Positions 37,429 through 46,395 of a stretch of DNA of 47,875 nt are shown here, one piece after another. The stretch comes from an uncultured Planctomycetota bacterium (GTDB taxonomy: Bacteria; Planctomycetota; Planctomycetia; Pirellulales; Thermoguttaceae). Numbering within the stretch: the first letter of the stretch is position 1; the number at the start of each line of letters is the position of its first letter. The stretch is from NCBI GenBank assembly GCA_902766935.1, contig CACXFR010000197.1, positions 1 through 47,875 of the forward strand. The letters are read 5' to 3'. The translations under genes were made by a program, and so were the position numbers. The notes under the pieces were generated by a model that was not told where the DNA came from, did no database searches, and saw only the letters and a list, made by a program, of their open reading frames with translations.

Positions 37429-37878
37429 TTGGCAGTCAGAATTCGTTTGAAGATGCTCGGACGCAAACACCGTCCGTTTTTCCGTCTTTGCGCCGTAGAC
37501 GCGCGCAAACCGCGCGACGGCCGCGTTCTTGAAGAACTCGGCATCTACGACCCGATGGTTCCCGATACCGACGCCCGTGCCATCCTGAAGGGTGACCGGA
37601 TCGACTATTGGCTCGGCGTCGGGGCGATCCCGTCCCCCAAAGCGGCGGTCCTCATCAAGAAGTACGGCACCAACGGCACGAACCTTGAGGCTCAGCAGGC
37701 CGCGCTTGCCAAGCTCAAGAGCAAGCCGCGCTACGTCGCTTCCGCCGAAAAGGCCGTCATTTCGATGACGGCTCCCGCTCCGGAAGAAGCCGCGCCCGCC
37801 GCAGAGGCCGAAGCGCCCGCCGCCGAAGCCGACGCTCCCGCGGCCGAACCTGAAGCTCCCGCCGAAGGCGCCGAATAA
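37429..37878 (+). CDS. rpsP: 30S ribosomal protein S16 with A/P/E-rich C-terminal extension
   Basis: TTG start with gaggag RBS. AVRIRLKMLGRKHRPFFRLCAVDARKPRDGRVLEELGIYDP is the canonical S16 N-terminus. About 60 extra residues follow (APAPEEAAPAAEAEAPAAEADAPAAEPEAPAEGAE). Confidence 0.92.
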   Translation: MAVRIRLKMLGRKHRPFFRLCAVDARKPRDGRVLEELGIYDPMVPDTDARAILKGDRIDYWLGVGAIPSPKAAVLIKKYGTNGTNLEAQQAALAKLKSKPRYVASAEKAVISMTAPAPEEAAPAAEAEAPAAEADAPAAEPEAPAEGAE

Positions 37879-37915
37879 GATTCGGCGCGCTACGGCGCAT
37901 CCGTTTTGTATAACT

Positions 37916-37943
37916 ACCGCGGGCGGCCAAGCCCGCGGTTTTT
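37916..37943 (+). terminator. Rho-independent terminator after rpsP
   Basis: Perfect 9-bp stem accgcgggc-ggccaa-gcccgcggt followed by tttt. A second imperfect hairpin follows at ~37944-37968. Confidence 0.75.
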
Positions 37944-37987
37944 GACCCGGGGTTCCTTTCCCGGGGTCGTCAAAAGCGGGGCCGTTT

Positions 37988-38737
37988 ATGCGTTTCGATG
38001 TTTTGACCCTCTTTCCGGGGATCTTTGAGAGTTTTCTCGAAGAGAGTCTTCTGAAAAGCGCGATTGAAGGCGGCCTCGTTCGAGTCGATCTTCACAATAT
38101 CCGCGACTGGGCCCACGACAGACACGGCACCGTCGACGACACGCCTTACGGAGGCGGTGCCGGAATGGTTATGAAGGTCGACAAAGTCGTTCCCTGCGTG
38201 GAAGACGTTCAGTCCGCCGCTCCGACTGCCGGGCGGCTCCTCCTGATGTCGCCTCAGGGACGCAGGCTCGACCAGCCCCTGGTCGAAGAGCTCGCGGGGG
38301 AAGAACGCATTCTTCTCCTGTGCGGCCGCTACGAGGGGTTCGACGAGCGGATCATTGAAATTCTCCGCCCCCAGGAAGTCTCGCTCGGCGACTTCATCCT
38401 GAACGGGGGCGAGGTCGCCGCGATGGCGGTCATCGAGTCGGTCATCCGGCTGATCCCCGGCGTCCTGGGCGACGCCGATTCGGCTCGGTTCGACTCCTTC
38501 TCTTCCGGGAACCGGATCCTGGAAGAGCCGCAGTACACGCGCCCGCGCGAGTATCGCGGACTTGAAGTTCCGGAGATCCTCCTTTCGGGGGATCACGGCC
38601 GGGTCGACAAATGGCGCGCCGAGCAGCGGATTCTCCGCACTCGCCAGCGCCGCCCCGATCTCCTTGAAGGAGTTCAGGAAACGACCGCCCCCCCGCCGTC
38701 CGAAAGGCGCGCGGGCGCGGACGAAAATAATAAATAA
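37988..38737 (+). CDS. trmD: tRNA (guanine37-N1)-methyltransferase TrmD
   Basis: MRFDVLTLFPGIFESFL, DDTPYGGGAGMVM, GRYEGFDERI, LSLGDFILNGGE. Confidence 0.95.
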   Translation: MRFDVLTLFPGIFESFLEESLLKSAIEGGLVRVDLHNIRDWAHDRHGTVDDTPYGGGAGMVMKVDKVVPCVEDVQSAAPTAGRLLLMSPQGRRLDQPLVEELAGEERILLLCGRYEGFDERIIEILRPQEVSLGDFILNGGEVAAMAVIESVIRLIPGVLGDADSARFDSFSSGNRILEEPQYTRPREYRGLEVPEILLSGDHGRVDKWRAEQRILRTRQRRPDLLEGVQETTAPPPSERRAGADENNK

Positions 38738-38882
38738 GTCTTCGGGTTGTTTGAGGCTCCGTCTCGAACTTCTTTTTAGCCCGGAACGGCATTGCCGGGA
38801 GTTCTTAACGAAGGCTTCCCAGGGAAAGGGGCCCCGTCGGGCGCCTTTCCGTCACTTTCTACGAAAGGTTTAAGGTTTAACA

Positions 38883-39353
38883 GTGTCTCAGGAACTTCTG
38901 AAAAAAGTCGATGCGCTCGGACTGAAAGAAAACGTCTCCAAGTTCGAGATCGGTGACACGGTCAACGTCCATTGCAAAATCCTCGAAGGGGGAAAAGAAC
39001 GTATCCAGATCTTCAACGGTGTCGTGATCGCCAAGAGCGGCGGCGGCCCGCGCGAAATGTTCACCGTCCGCCGTATCGTCAACGGCGAAGGGGTCGAACG
39101 GAAGTTCCCCCTCCATTCCCCGAAAATCGCCAAGGTTGAGGTCGTTCGTTCGGCCGTCGTCCGCCGCGCGAAGCTCTACTTCCTCCGCGACCGCGTCGGG
39201 AAGGCCGTCCGTCTTCAGGAACGCCGCGTAGAACGCGCCGTCGACGAAACCGCAAAGGCCAGCAAGATGAAGCGGGGCAAGAAGGCGAAGGCCGCCAAGC
39301 GCGCTGCCAAAGAAGCCGCCGCCAAGGACGCCGCCAAAGAAGCCGAAAAATGA
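38883..39353 (+). CDS. rplS: 50S ribosomal protein L19 with K/A-rich C-terminal extension
   Basis: GTG start. FEIGDTVNVHCKILEGGKERIQIFNGVVIAKSGGG...FTVRRI..GEGVERKFPLHSPKI is the L19 core. The tail is KASKMKRGKKAKAAKRAAKEAAAKDAAKEAEK. Confidence 0.93.
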   Translation: MSQELLKKVDALGLKENVSKFEIGDTVNVHCKILEGGKERIQIFNGVVIAKSGGGPREMFTVRRIVNGEGVERKFPLHSPKIAKVEVVRSAVVRRAKLYFLRDRVGKAVRLQERRVERAVDETAKASKMKRGKKAKAAKRAAKEAAAKDAAKEAEK

Positions 39354-39379
39354 GCCTGAGTCTCCCGCAGGGCCAAACG

Positions 39380-39408
39380 GGCGCGGAGTTTTCTCCGCGC
39401 CTTTTTTT
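39380..39408 (+). terminator. Rho-independent terminator after rplS
   Basis: ggcgcggag-tttt-ctccgcgcc perfect stem followed by T7. Confidence 0.85.
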
Positions 39409-39581
39409 ATGGGTACGACCTCTTTTTTCGTCTCTTATCCTTTCCGTTTTTGCTATGGACAGCGGTTCCCCTTTTTTTGTAGAATTCCGGGGGACGGGAA
39501 AGTCTCGTTCGTAGATATATGGGGTCAAGATGATTTTTCGACAAAACGGAACACCATTATAAATAGTCAAGCGGTATCGTT

Positions 39582-41411
39582 ATGAAATCGAATTTCGGTC
39601 TGCGCGGTTCTCTCGTTTTGGGAATAGCTCTCTGGGGACTCTTCGTCCTGGCGGCCGGCGCCCAGACGCCGAGCCTCCCCGAAGCGCCCGCGCTTCTGGG
39701 AGTTAAGCCGGGCGTCACCACGCTCGAAGGGCTGAAGCAGATTCCCGCGTTCCAGAAGGTTCATTCCCAGAGCCGGCTCGGCGAATTCGACGTCTACACC
39801 TACCAGATCCCGGAAATGCCCGACTATCCGTTCGTTCAGCTCCTGACGAAGGAAGAGAAAGTCGAGGTCATCGTCATCAACCTGAAAGAGCCGCGTCTGG
39901 TCGCCGACGCGCGGACCTCGTTCCGCGAGTCGACCGGGAACTACAAGCCGATCCTCATCCAGGACGCCGAGGGAAAATACCGCGAAGTCTATCCGGAAAC
40001 GGGGGTATCGTTCGTTCTGAAAAAGAACGAGGAAGCTCCGGAAAAGCCGGGCGACCAGGTCGTTCAGATCGTGATGGAACAGGTCAAGCCGGACTTTTTC
40101 CTCGTCCGTGCCGACGAGAACCGACGGAAACTCTTCGCCGAGGGCTCGATCGCGGGGATCTGCTCCGACGCCGAGAAGGTTCTGCAACTCGATCCGAAAA
40201 ACGCCTCGGCCTACTGGCTTTTGGGGGTCGCCGATTTCCTGATCGAAGATTACGCCGAATCGCTCCGACTCGTTTCGCAGGCGGTGCAGCTGAACGATCG
40301 CGTGCCGGAATATCACTTTTTAATCATGAACCTTCTCGAGCGGACCAACGCCGTCGACAACGGCCTGCGCTACTACGACGCGGTGCAGGAGCTCTGCAAG
40401 ACGAACCCGTTCCACGCGGCTCAGCTGGCGATACTTCACGCCGCGCTCCTGACGAAAAAGTCGGACGGCGACCGCGCCGGCGCGATCAACGAACTTCAGG
40501 AGACGATCGACCGGCTCAAAACGCTCGCGACCGAGAGCAAGACCGACCGCGAAAAGCTGATGACTCTTCAGCTGACCGCCCGCGCCTACATGGCGCTCGG
40601 CAGCGCAATCGCCGCGAAAGATTGGCAGGATCCCGCGGAAAAGAAGAAGTCCTATCTCTGGTTCAAGGCGGCGAAGGTCCTCCTTGACAACATCCTCCCG
40701 CGCGACCCGACCGCGGCCATCTCCCTTTTCGACCTCTGGCGGACCGCTTCGGAGGCCGCGCTGGCCGACCCCGAAAACACCGAACTGGACGCGTTCCTCG
40801 CGGACCTTCCCGCCACGGCCGACAAATACCTGGCGCAGGTTCCCGACACGCTCGAAGAGGAGATGGTCCGCATCAAGACGGGGGAAACCTTCTTTAACGC
40901 CTTCCTGGCCGCCGACACCCGCGGCGACGCGGCGGCCGCCGAGAAGTACGCGCTGAGCGCCTACGAATACCTTCAGGCTTCGCTCCGCCAAGACTCCGAA
41001 CGCGTGGCGCAAATCATCGGTCCGGTCGACTACGAGCTCGGAATCTACTTCAACGAACTGCCGGCGCATAAGGAAATCGCCGCGGGGCTTCTGGCCCATG
41101 CCGCCGAGACGATCTCTTCGGCGATCACCTCCGACGGTTCGGCGCAGGACGGCGATCAGGGGATCCGTCTGGTCAACATCGGCAAGGCGTATTGGATCGC
41201 CGGCGACAGGGAAAAAGGGGAATCGCTGACCCGGCGCGGGGTCGACGCCATCGAAAAGGCGGTGACGGCGGGGAATTTCCCGCGCGAGGAATACTCCGTT
41301 CCCTGCCAGAATCTCATTACGATCTACGAAGCGCTCGGCGACTCGGCCGGCGCCGGTTTCTACCGCGAAAAGCTCTCCACCCTCCTTGAAGGGGGCGCGG
41401 AATCTCATTAA
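39582..41411 (+). CDS. Hypothetical secreted protein with TPR-like helical repeats
   Basis: Signal peptide MKSNFGLRGSLVLGIALWGLFVLAAGAQTP. TPR-like stretch AEKVLQLDPKNASAYWLLGVADFLIEDYAESLRLVSQAVQLN. Ordinary composition, unlike its antisense ORF. Confidence 0.6.
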   Translation: MKSNFGLRGSLVLGIALWGLFVLAAGAQTPSLPEAPALLGVKPGVTTLEGLKQIPAFQKVHSQSRLGEFDVYTYQIPEMPDYPFVQLLTKEEKVEVIVINLKEPRLVADARTSFRESTGNYKPILIQDAEGKYREVYPETGVSFVLKKNEEAPEKPGDQVVQIVMEQVKPDFFLVRADENRRKLFAEGSIAGICSDAEKVLQLDPKNASAYWLLGVADFLIEDYAESLRLVSQAVQLNDRVPEYHFLIMNLLERTNAVDNGLRYYDAVQELCKTNPFHAAQLAILHAALLTKKSDGDRAGAINELQETIDRLKTLATESKTDREKLMTLQLTARAYMALGSAIAAKDWQDPAEKKKSYLWFKAAKVLLDNILPRDPTAAISLFDLWRTASEAALADPENTELDAFLADLPATADKYLAQVPDTLEEEMVRIKTGETFFNAFLAADTRGDAAAAEKYALSAYEYLQASLRQDSERVAQIIGPVDYELGIYFNELPAHKEIAAGLLAHAAETISSAITSDGSAQDGDQGIRLVNIGKAYWIAGDREKGESLTRRGVDAIEKAVTAGNFPREEYSVPCQNLITIYEALGDSAGAGFYREKLSTLLEGGAESH

Positions 41412-41561
41412 AATAACAGGCGTGGTATTCGTCGGCGGCGCGCCCTTCTTTCCGAAAACGCCGCCGCGGTGATCTGTCTTTTTCGGCGGCGGGCGCTCCC
41501 GGTGCGCGGCTCGGCCGAAAAGGCGCGGCAGGAACATTTTAAACCCAAAAAGAGAAGAACC

Positions 41562-42878
41562 ATGTCCAACGCTGAACGCTTTCCGCATCTGAAGGCCAAT
41601 GACCCCGAAGTTTACCAGCTCATTCAGGAGCAGTGTGAGCTGGAATCGACGACCCTGAAAATGATCGCATCCGAGAGCTACGCCACATACGAAGTGATGG
41701 AAGCGTGCGGCTCGCCGTTCACCAACAAATAAAGCGAAGGGTATCCCGCCGCCCGATACTACGAGGGAAACGCCGTCACCGACAAACTCGAAAATCTCGC
41801 CCGGCAGCGCGGGAAAGAACTTTTCGGCGCCGAGCATTTCAACGTGCAGCCCTATTCCGGCTCCCCCGCCAATCAGGCGGTTTACCGCGCCGTCGCCAAG
41901 CCGGGCGATAAAATCATGGGGATGCCCGTGACCGACGGCGGCCACCTGACCCATGGGTGGAAGGTCAGTTTCTCGGGAATGGACTACGTCCAGGTTCCGT
42001 ACGGAACGAATCCCGAAACGGGGAAGATCGATATGGACCGCGTCCGCGAGATCGCTCTGCGCGAACGGCCGAAACTGATCTGGGCCGGGACGAGCGCCTA
42101 TCCGCTCAAACTCGACTACGCCGCGTTCGCCGAAATCGCCAAAGAAATCGACGCCTATCTGGTCGCCGACATCTCGCACATCAACGCGCTGGTCATCGCC
42201 GGGGTTCATCCCGATCCGGTTCCCTACTGCGACATCGTCACCAGCACGTCCCACAAGATGCTCCGCGGCCCGCGCGCCGGGTTCATTATGTCGAAGATCG
42301 AAGACCGCTATCAGCAGAAATATTTCCCGACGAGCAAGTTCAACCTGGCGCAGCGGATCGACCGCGCGGTCTTCCCCGGACTTCAGGGCGGCCCGCACAT
42401 GCACGCGATCGCCGCGATGGCCTCGGCCTTCGCCTACGCGAAGACCGACGAATTCAAAGAATACGGCCGGCAGATCGTCAAAAACGCCCGCGCCCTGGTG
42501 AGCGCCATTATTGAAAAGGGCTACGCCGTCGCCTCGGGGGGGACCGACACCCATCTGGTCGTTCTCGATTTCCGCAAAGAGGAGTTCACCGGCAAAGACG
42601 TCTCGCAGGCGCTGGCCAAGTGCGGAATCATCGCCAACTTCAATATGGTTCCCGGCGATCAGCGGAAACCTTCGGTCACCAGCGGCGTCCGTCTCGGAAC
42701 CCCCTCGCTTACCAGTCTGGGAATGAAAGAAAACGACATGCTCAAGGTCGCCGACTGGATCGACCAGGTCTGCAAGAACGTCCACGACATCGACAAGGTC
42801 GCGCCGCGGATCCGGGGCGAAATCGCCGAATACCTCAAAGGGTTCGAAATTCCCGGAATCCGTCCGAAACTGATCTGA
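41562..42878 (+). pseudogene. glyA: Serine hydroxymethyltransferase interrupted by one in-frame TAA (41730-41732)
   Basis: Track ORFs 41469..41732 and 41844..42878 are in the same frame. The continuous reading is ...ESYATYEVMEACGSPFTNK*SEGYPAARYYEGN...QPYSGSPANQAVY...TSTSHKMLRGPRAG..., which matches SHMT end to end. The stop sits where SHMTs have Tyr (TNKYAEGYP). Confidence 0.85.
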
Positions 42879-42902
42879 TCATTCCGAGGCGTCCGTCATC
42901 AG

Positions 42903-42940
42903 GCCGCCGGGCGGGGTTTCCTCCCGGCGGCGTCTTTCGT
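42903..42940 (+). terminator. Probable terminator after glyA
   Basis: gccgccggg-N11-cccggcggc 9-bp stem followed by a weak T tract (gtctttcgt). Confidence 0.5.
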
Positions 42941-42990
42941 CGTCGGCGGCGCAGCTGTCGCACATACTTTTATCCAACAACGCTGACAGG

Positions 42991-44622
42991 ATGAACGGAT
43001 TCTCCCGAATCAAACTGCGCCGCGTTCCGGCGCTTCTTCTTTTTTTTCTGTTGGGGCCGGCGCTCCTTCTGGCCGTCCTCGGGCTCGTGATCTATCGGCA
43101 CGGCGGCGGGAGCCGCGCCGACGAAGAGGCGAAGTTGTCCTCCCTGTTCCGCGTCCGCGTCGAAATGCGCGGCGCCGAATTCGTCCGGCCCGAAATACAG
43201 ACCTACTTCGGACTGACCCTTTTTTCCGGGCGGGCCGAAACGCCGTTTCTCTTCTGTCCCGAAATCCTCGCCCGCCCTCTGGGCGCTGACCGGCCCGGGC
43301 CCGAACGGATCGCTCCGCTCCTCGACGAACTGGACGCCGGCGAAAGCCCCCTGGCGCGCCCGCTCGACCGGGCTGGCGGACGCGAATGGCTGATCCCCGA
43401 CCTCTACCTGAAACTCTCGCGATGGCACGACGCCGAACCGTTCCTGTACGGCCGGGCCGGGGATTTTCCGAAAGGGGGAATCCTCTTTCGGATCGGCCGA
43501 GTCCATCTGATTCCGACCGACGACTCGTTCGACCGGATCGTGAAGGATTATCGGCGTCCCCGCCGCCGATTCGGCGCCGACATCATCGACGAACTCGCCG
43601 CCATCGGCGACGGGAGGACACGCGGCGGCGCCGACGGAACCTCCGCCGACGACGAAGTCGTCCGCTACACACAAAACCGAACCGAGTCCCTCGTCGACGA
43701 GGTGCTCGGGATCTGGCTCCGCGCCGACGACGACTCGTTTGTCCTGGCGCGGTTCCATCTTTCGGGCGTCACCGCGCCCGAACCGGTCTCGCTGGCTCTC
43801 TTCGGCCGCAGCGGCGCCGATTCGTCCTCCGACCCGCCGCAGGTCGTCGCGGTTCCGGAAGCGGTAATCCCCGACGAAGCGTCGGAGGCCGGCGCCGAAG
43901 CGGTCGCGGCGGCGCCGAAAGCCGCGGCGGCCGGAGGGTTCCCTCTGGCCTGGATCCTCGACTCCCGCCGTTCGCCTTTCCCCGCGCCTCTTCTGGCGTG
44001 GTTCGCCCGAAAACCCGCCGACTGGGGCGAAGAATCCTGGCTGGCCGGGCGGCTCGTCTCGACCGTCCGCGCCGACGGCGCCGCGACGCGCCGCCACACA
44101 AGCCTCGCCGGGGTGGAGATACACAACGCCGATCTTTCGCGCCTTTTAAAAGGGATCGCCCCGACCCGGATCGAGGGGCGCCTGGAACGGCTGACCGTCA
44201 AGGAGGGGGAACTTTCCGACGACGTCTTTCTCGGAAGCGGGAGGATCCGACTCCTCGACGCGCGGTTCAAAAAGGATTTCCTGATCCGGTTCGGAAAGGA
44301 GTTCGGGCTCGAATTTCAGCCGGGGAATCTTCTTGCCAACCGATTCGACGACGACATGGTGCCGCTGGACCGCGTCGCGTTCGATTTTACGCTCGGCCGC
44401 GAAGGCGCTGCGATCAAGGCGGCCGAGTCGAGCCGGCCGATCGTTGCGGTCGGCGAATCGACCGTCCCTCCCTGTCGGATCCTTCTTCCCCCGGCCGAAG
44501 AGAAGATGATCCCCTACCCCGTCCTTTTGGAAACACTTTCGGACGGGAGCGAAAACTCCCTCTGGTCGTCCTTCTACCGCGACGCGCTCAATCATCTGCC
44601 GGTACCGGAAGAAAAACGGTAA
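42991..44622 (+). CDS. Hypothetical N-terminally membrane-anchored protein
   Basis: N-terminal RRVPALLLFFLLGPALLLAVLGLVIY anchor. 543 aa with balanced composition. No motif I recognise. Confidence 0.55.
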   Translation: MNGFSRIKLRRVPALLLFFLLGPALLLAVLGLVIYRHGGGSRADEEAKLSSLFRVRVEMRGAEFVRPEIQTYFGLTLFSGRAETPFLFCPEILARPLGADRPGPERIAPLLDELDAGESPLARPLDRAGGREWLIPDLYLKLSRWHDAEPFLYGRAGDFPKGGILFRIGRVHLIPTDDSFDRIVKDYRRPRRRFGADIIDELAAIGDGRTRGGADGTSADDEVVRYTQNRTESLVDEVLGIWLRADDDSFVLARFHLSGVTAPEPVSLALFGRSGADSSSDPPQVVAVPEAVIPDEASEAGAEAVAAAPKAAAAGGFPLAWILDSRRSPFPAPLLAWFARKPADWGEESWLAGRLVSTVRADGAATRRHTSLAGVEIHNADLSRLLKGIAPTRIEGRLERLTVKEGELSDDVFLGSGRIRLLDARFKKDFLIRFGKEFGLEFQPGNLLANRFDDDMVPLDRVAFDFTLGREGAAIKAAESSRPIVAVGESTVPPCRILLPPAEEKMIPYPVLLETLSDGSENSLWSSFYRDALNHLPVPEEKR

Positions 44623-44641
44623 CCGATAATTTCCCCTCGGT

Positions 44642-44671
44642 CAAAAAAGAAAGGGCGCGAAAGATGCGCCC
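44642..44671 (-). terminator. Rho-independent terminator after infA
   Basis: On the - strand: gggcgc-atctttc-gcgccc followed by tttctttttt. Confidence 0.6.
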
Positions 44672-44763
44672 GAAAAAAAGGAGCGACCCGCGGCCGGAAA
44701 GCCCGGCGAGTCCTCCTGAAAGAAATACGTCCGATCCGGACGGCGTGTGAAAAGAAAAGCGGG

Positions 44764-44997
44764 TTACTTTTCGCGATAGACGATCCGCCCGCGGTCCATA
44801 TCATAGGGGCTGATCTCAACCTGAACGTGGTCGCCGGGAACGACGCGGATGCGGAATTTCCGCATCTTGCCCGCCAGACGGCAGAGGACGATGTGATCCA
44901 TATCGTCCAACTTTACGCGAAAGGCGCCGCGGACTTCTTCGGTCACCACTCCGGTTAACTGGATCGCTTCTTCTTTCTGTTTCTGTTCGCGACTCAA
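44764..44997 (-). CDS. infA: Translation initiation factor IF-1
   Basis: TTG start at 44997 with an AGGAGA RBS 7 nt upstream. [74 protein letters not shown] is a canonical S1-like IF-1 of 77 aa. The track's longer 115-aa form adds a non-homologous N-terminus. Confidence 0.9.
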   Translation of the reverse strand: MSREQKQKEEAIQLTGVVTEEVRGAFRVKLDDMDHIVLCRLAGKMRKFRIRVVPGDHVQVEISPYDMDRGRIVYREK

Positions 44998-45179
44998 GAT
45001 AAATTCTCCTGAATTTCTGAGGGAAGAAACGCCCGCCGGACGCCGCAATCCGCGTCCGGGAGGGACATTGGCAGGGGAGACGCCGCTTGCGAACCCCGGC
45101 TCTTTCAACACATAACGCTACCGGGTCATTATACCCCCATTTCCGCTTTTTGGGAGACGGGGCAAGCCGAAAAATTTCG

Positions 45180-46394
45180 TTACGACCAGACAAGGGATTC
45201 CGAGATCGGGGCGCCCAGGTTTTCGCACCCCGCCGGAGTCACGACGACCATATCTTCAATACGGATCCCGCCGTATTTCTTACTGTAAAGTCCCGGCTCG
45301 ACCGAGACGATGTCTCCGGGCAAAAGTTCCGGCCCGCCGAAATCGAGCAGGGGCGGTTCGTGGCACGAAAGGCCGAGTCCGTGCCCCGTCCCGTGGGTCA
45401 GACGGATCTCGTTTTGCGCCTCGTCGCTCCCGGGAGCCGCGTAGCCGAATCCGTCCGCCTCGAGCGCGGCGATCACCGCCCGATGAACCTCTTCTCCCGT
45501 CACGCCGGCGCGGATCGTCCGCTGCGCGGCGCGTTTGGCCTCCCGAACGGCGCGGTGCATCCGCTCGTGAACCGGGTCGACCGCCCCGTTGACCACGGTG
45601 CGGGTGCAGTCGCCGAAATAGTGGCTCGTCCGGCTCCGCGGGAAGATATCGACGATGATCGTCTCGCCCCGGCGCAGAAGACCGCTGCCCAGCGCGTGGC
45701 AATCGCCCCCGTCTTTCCGCCCCGCCACGATCGACGATTCGGGATTCGAAAACCCGGCGTCCAGAAGCCGGCGGTCGATCATCGCCCGAACCCGCTCCGA
45801 AGTGAGCGGTTCCCCTTCGAAAAGGAGATTCCCGTCGGCGTCGGCCGCGGTGGCGCCGATCAGCGCGCAGACCGACGCCATCACCGATTCGGTGACATGC
45901 TGCGAGGCGCGAACCGCCTCGATTTCCCAGTCGGCCTTCCGGCGCCGTTCGACGATTCCCCGCTCGATATCGCAGAGAACTTCGATCGACGCGCGGCGGA
46001 GCATCTCGGCGTAGATGAGGGGGAGGGTGCGGTCGGCGGTCACCGACGACGCGCCGTAGCGGCGGAACGCCTCGGCGGCGCTCTGGGCGGTCGCCGTCTC
46101 GCGATCCCCGGAAAGGCCGCCGTCAGGGGTAAAGTCGGCGGGAGAGGCAACGTAATCGACCGTCGCGGACCGAACGGCCCTCTCGTTTTCGATGTCGCGG
46201 AGAATCAGAAGGGTCGTCGACGCGCGGCGTTCGTCGGCGCGGCCGCGGTACGGGGTCGGCTTCGCCTCGGAAATCGCCAGGGCCGGATCGGGAAACTCAA
46301 GGAGCGCGGCGGGATCTCCCGCCGAAAAACGAACCTGCCGGTAGAGCGCCGGACTCGACGCGGGGATTCCCGCGGTCAGAAAAAACGTACCCAT
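45180..46394 (-). CDS. M24-family metallopeptidase (Xaa-Pro aminopeptidase/dipeptidase-like)
   Basis: DCTRTV, HGTGHGLGLSCHEPP, GDIVSVEPGLY and GGIRIEDMVVVT match the pita-bread-fold metal ligand motifs. Confidence 0.85.
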   Translation of the reverse strand: MGTFFLTAGIPASSPALYRQVRFSAGDPAALLEFPDPALAISEAKPTPYRGRADERRASTTLLILRDIENERAVRSATVDYVASPADFTPDGGLSGDRETATAQSAAEAFRRYGASSVTADRTLPLIYAEMLRRASIEVLCDIERGIVERRRKADWEIEAVRASQHVTESVMASVCALIGATAADADGNLLFEGEPLTSERVRAMIDRRLLDAGFSNPESSIVAGRKDGGDCHALGSGLLRRGETIIVDIFPRSRTSHYFGDCTRTVVNGAVDPVHERMHRAVREAKRAAQRTIRAGVTGEEVHRAVIAALEADGFGYAAPGSDEAQNEIRLTHGTGHGLGLSCHEPPLLDFGGPELLPGDIVSVEPGLYSKKYGGIRIEDMVVVTPAGCENLGAPISESLVWS

Positions 46395-46395
46395 C

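Noticed and set aside
38738-38882. Hairpins upstream of rplS (cccgg-N10-ccggg; ggaaagg-N14-cctttcc) as a possible L19 autoregulatory leader.
   Set aside because: I cannot match them to the known L19 leader consensus from memory, and short GC stems are frequent here. The evidence is insufficient without covariation analysis.
40320-42785. An 821-aa ORF on the - strand spanning the TPR-like gene, the intergenic spacer and most of glyA. Similar long ORFs occur at 10456..12471 (-), 14145..16016 (-), 15953..17734 (-), 26072..28108 (+), 2534..4432 (-), 6702..8189 (-), 21955..23292 (-), 23247..24371 (-), 25032..26240 (+), 31842..33386 (+), 45087..46622 (+) and 46426..47721 (+).
   Set aside because: All lie antisense to genes with unmistakable conserved motifs. 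Their translations are R/G/P/V-rich with no motifs. This is the classic shadow-ORF pattern of high-GC DNA, where stop codons are rare in the antisense frames. They are not supported as genes.
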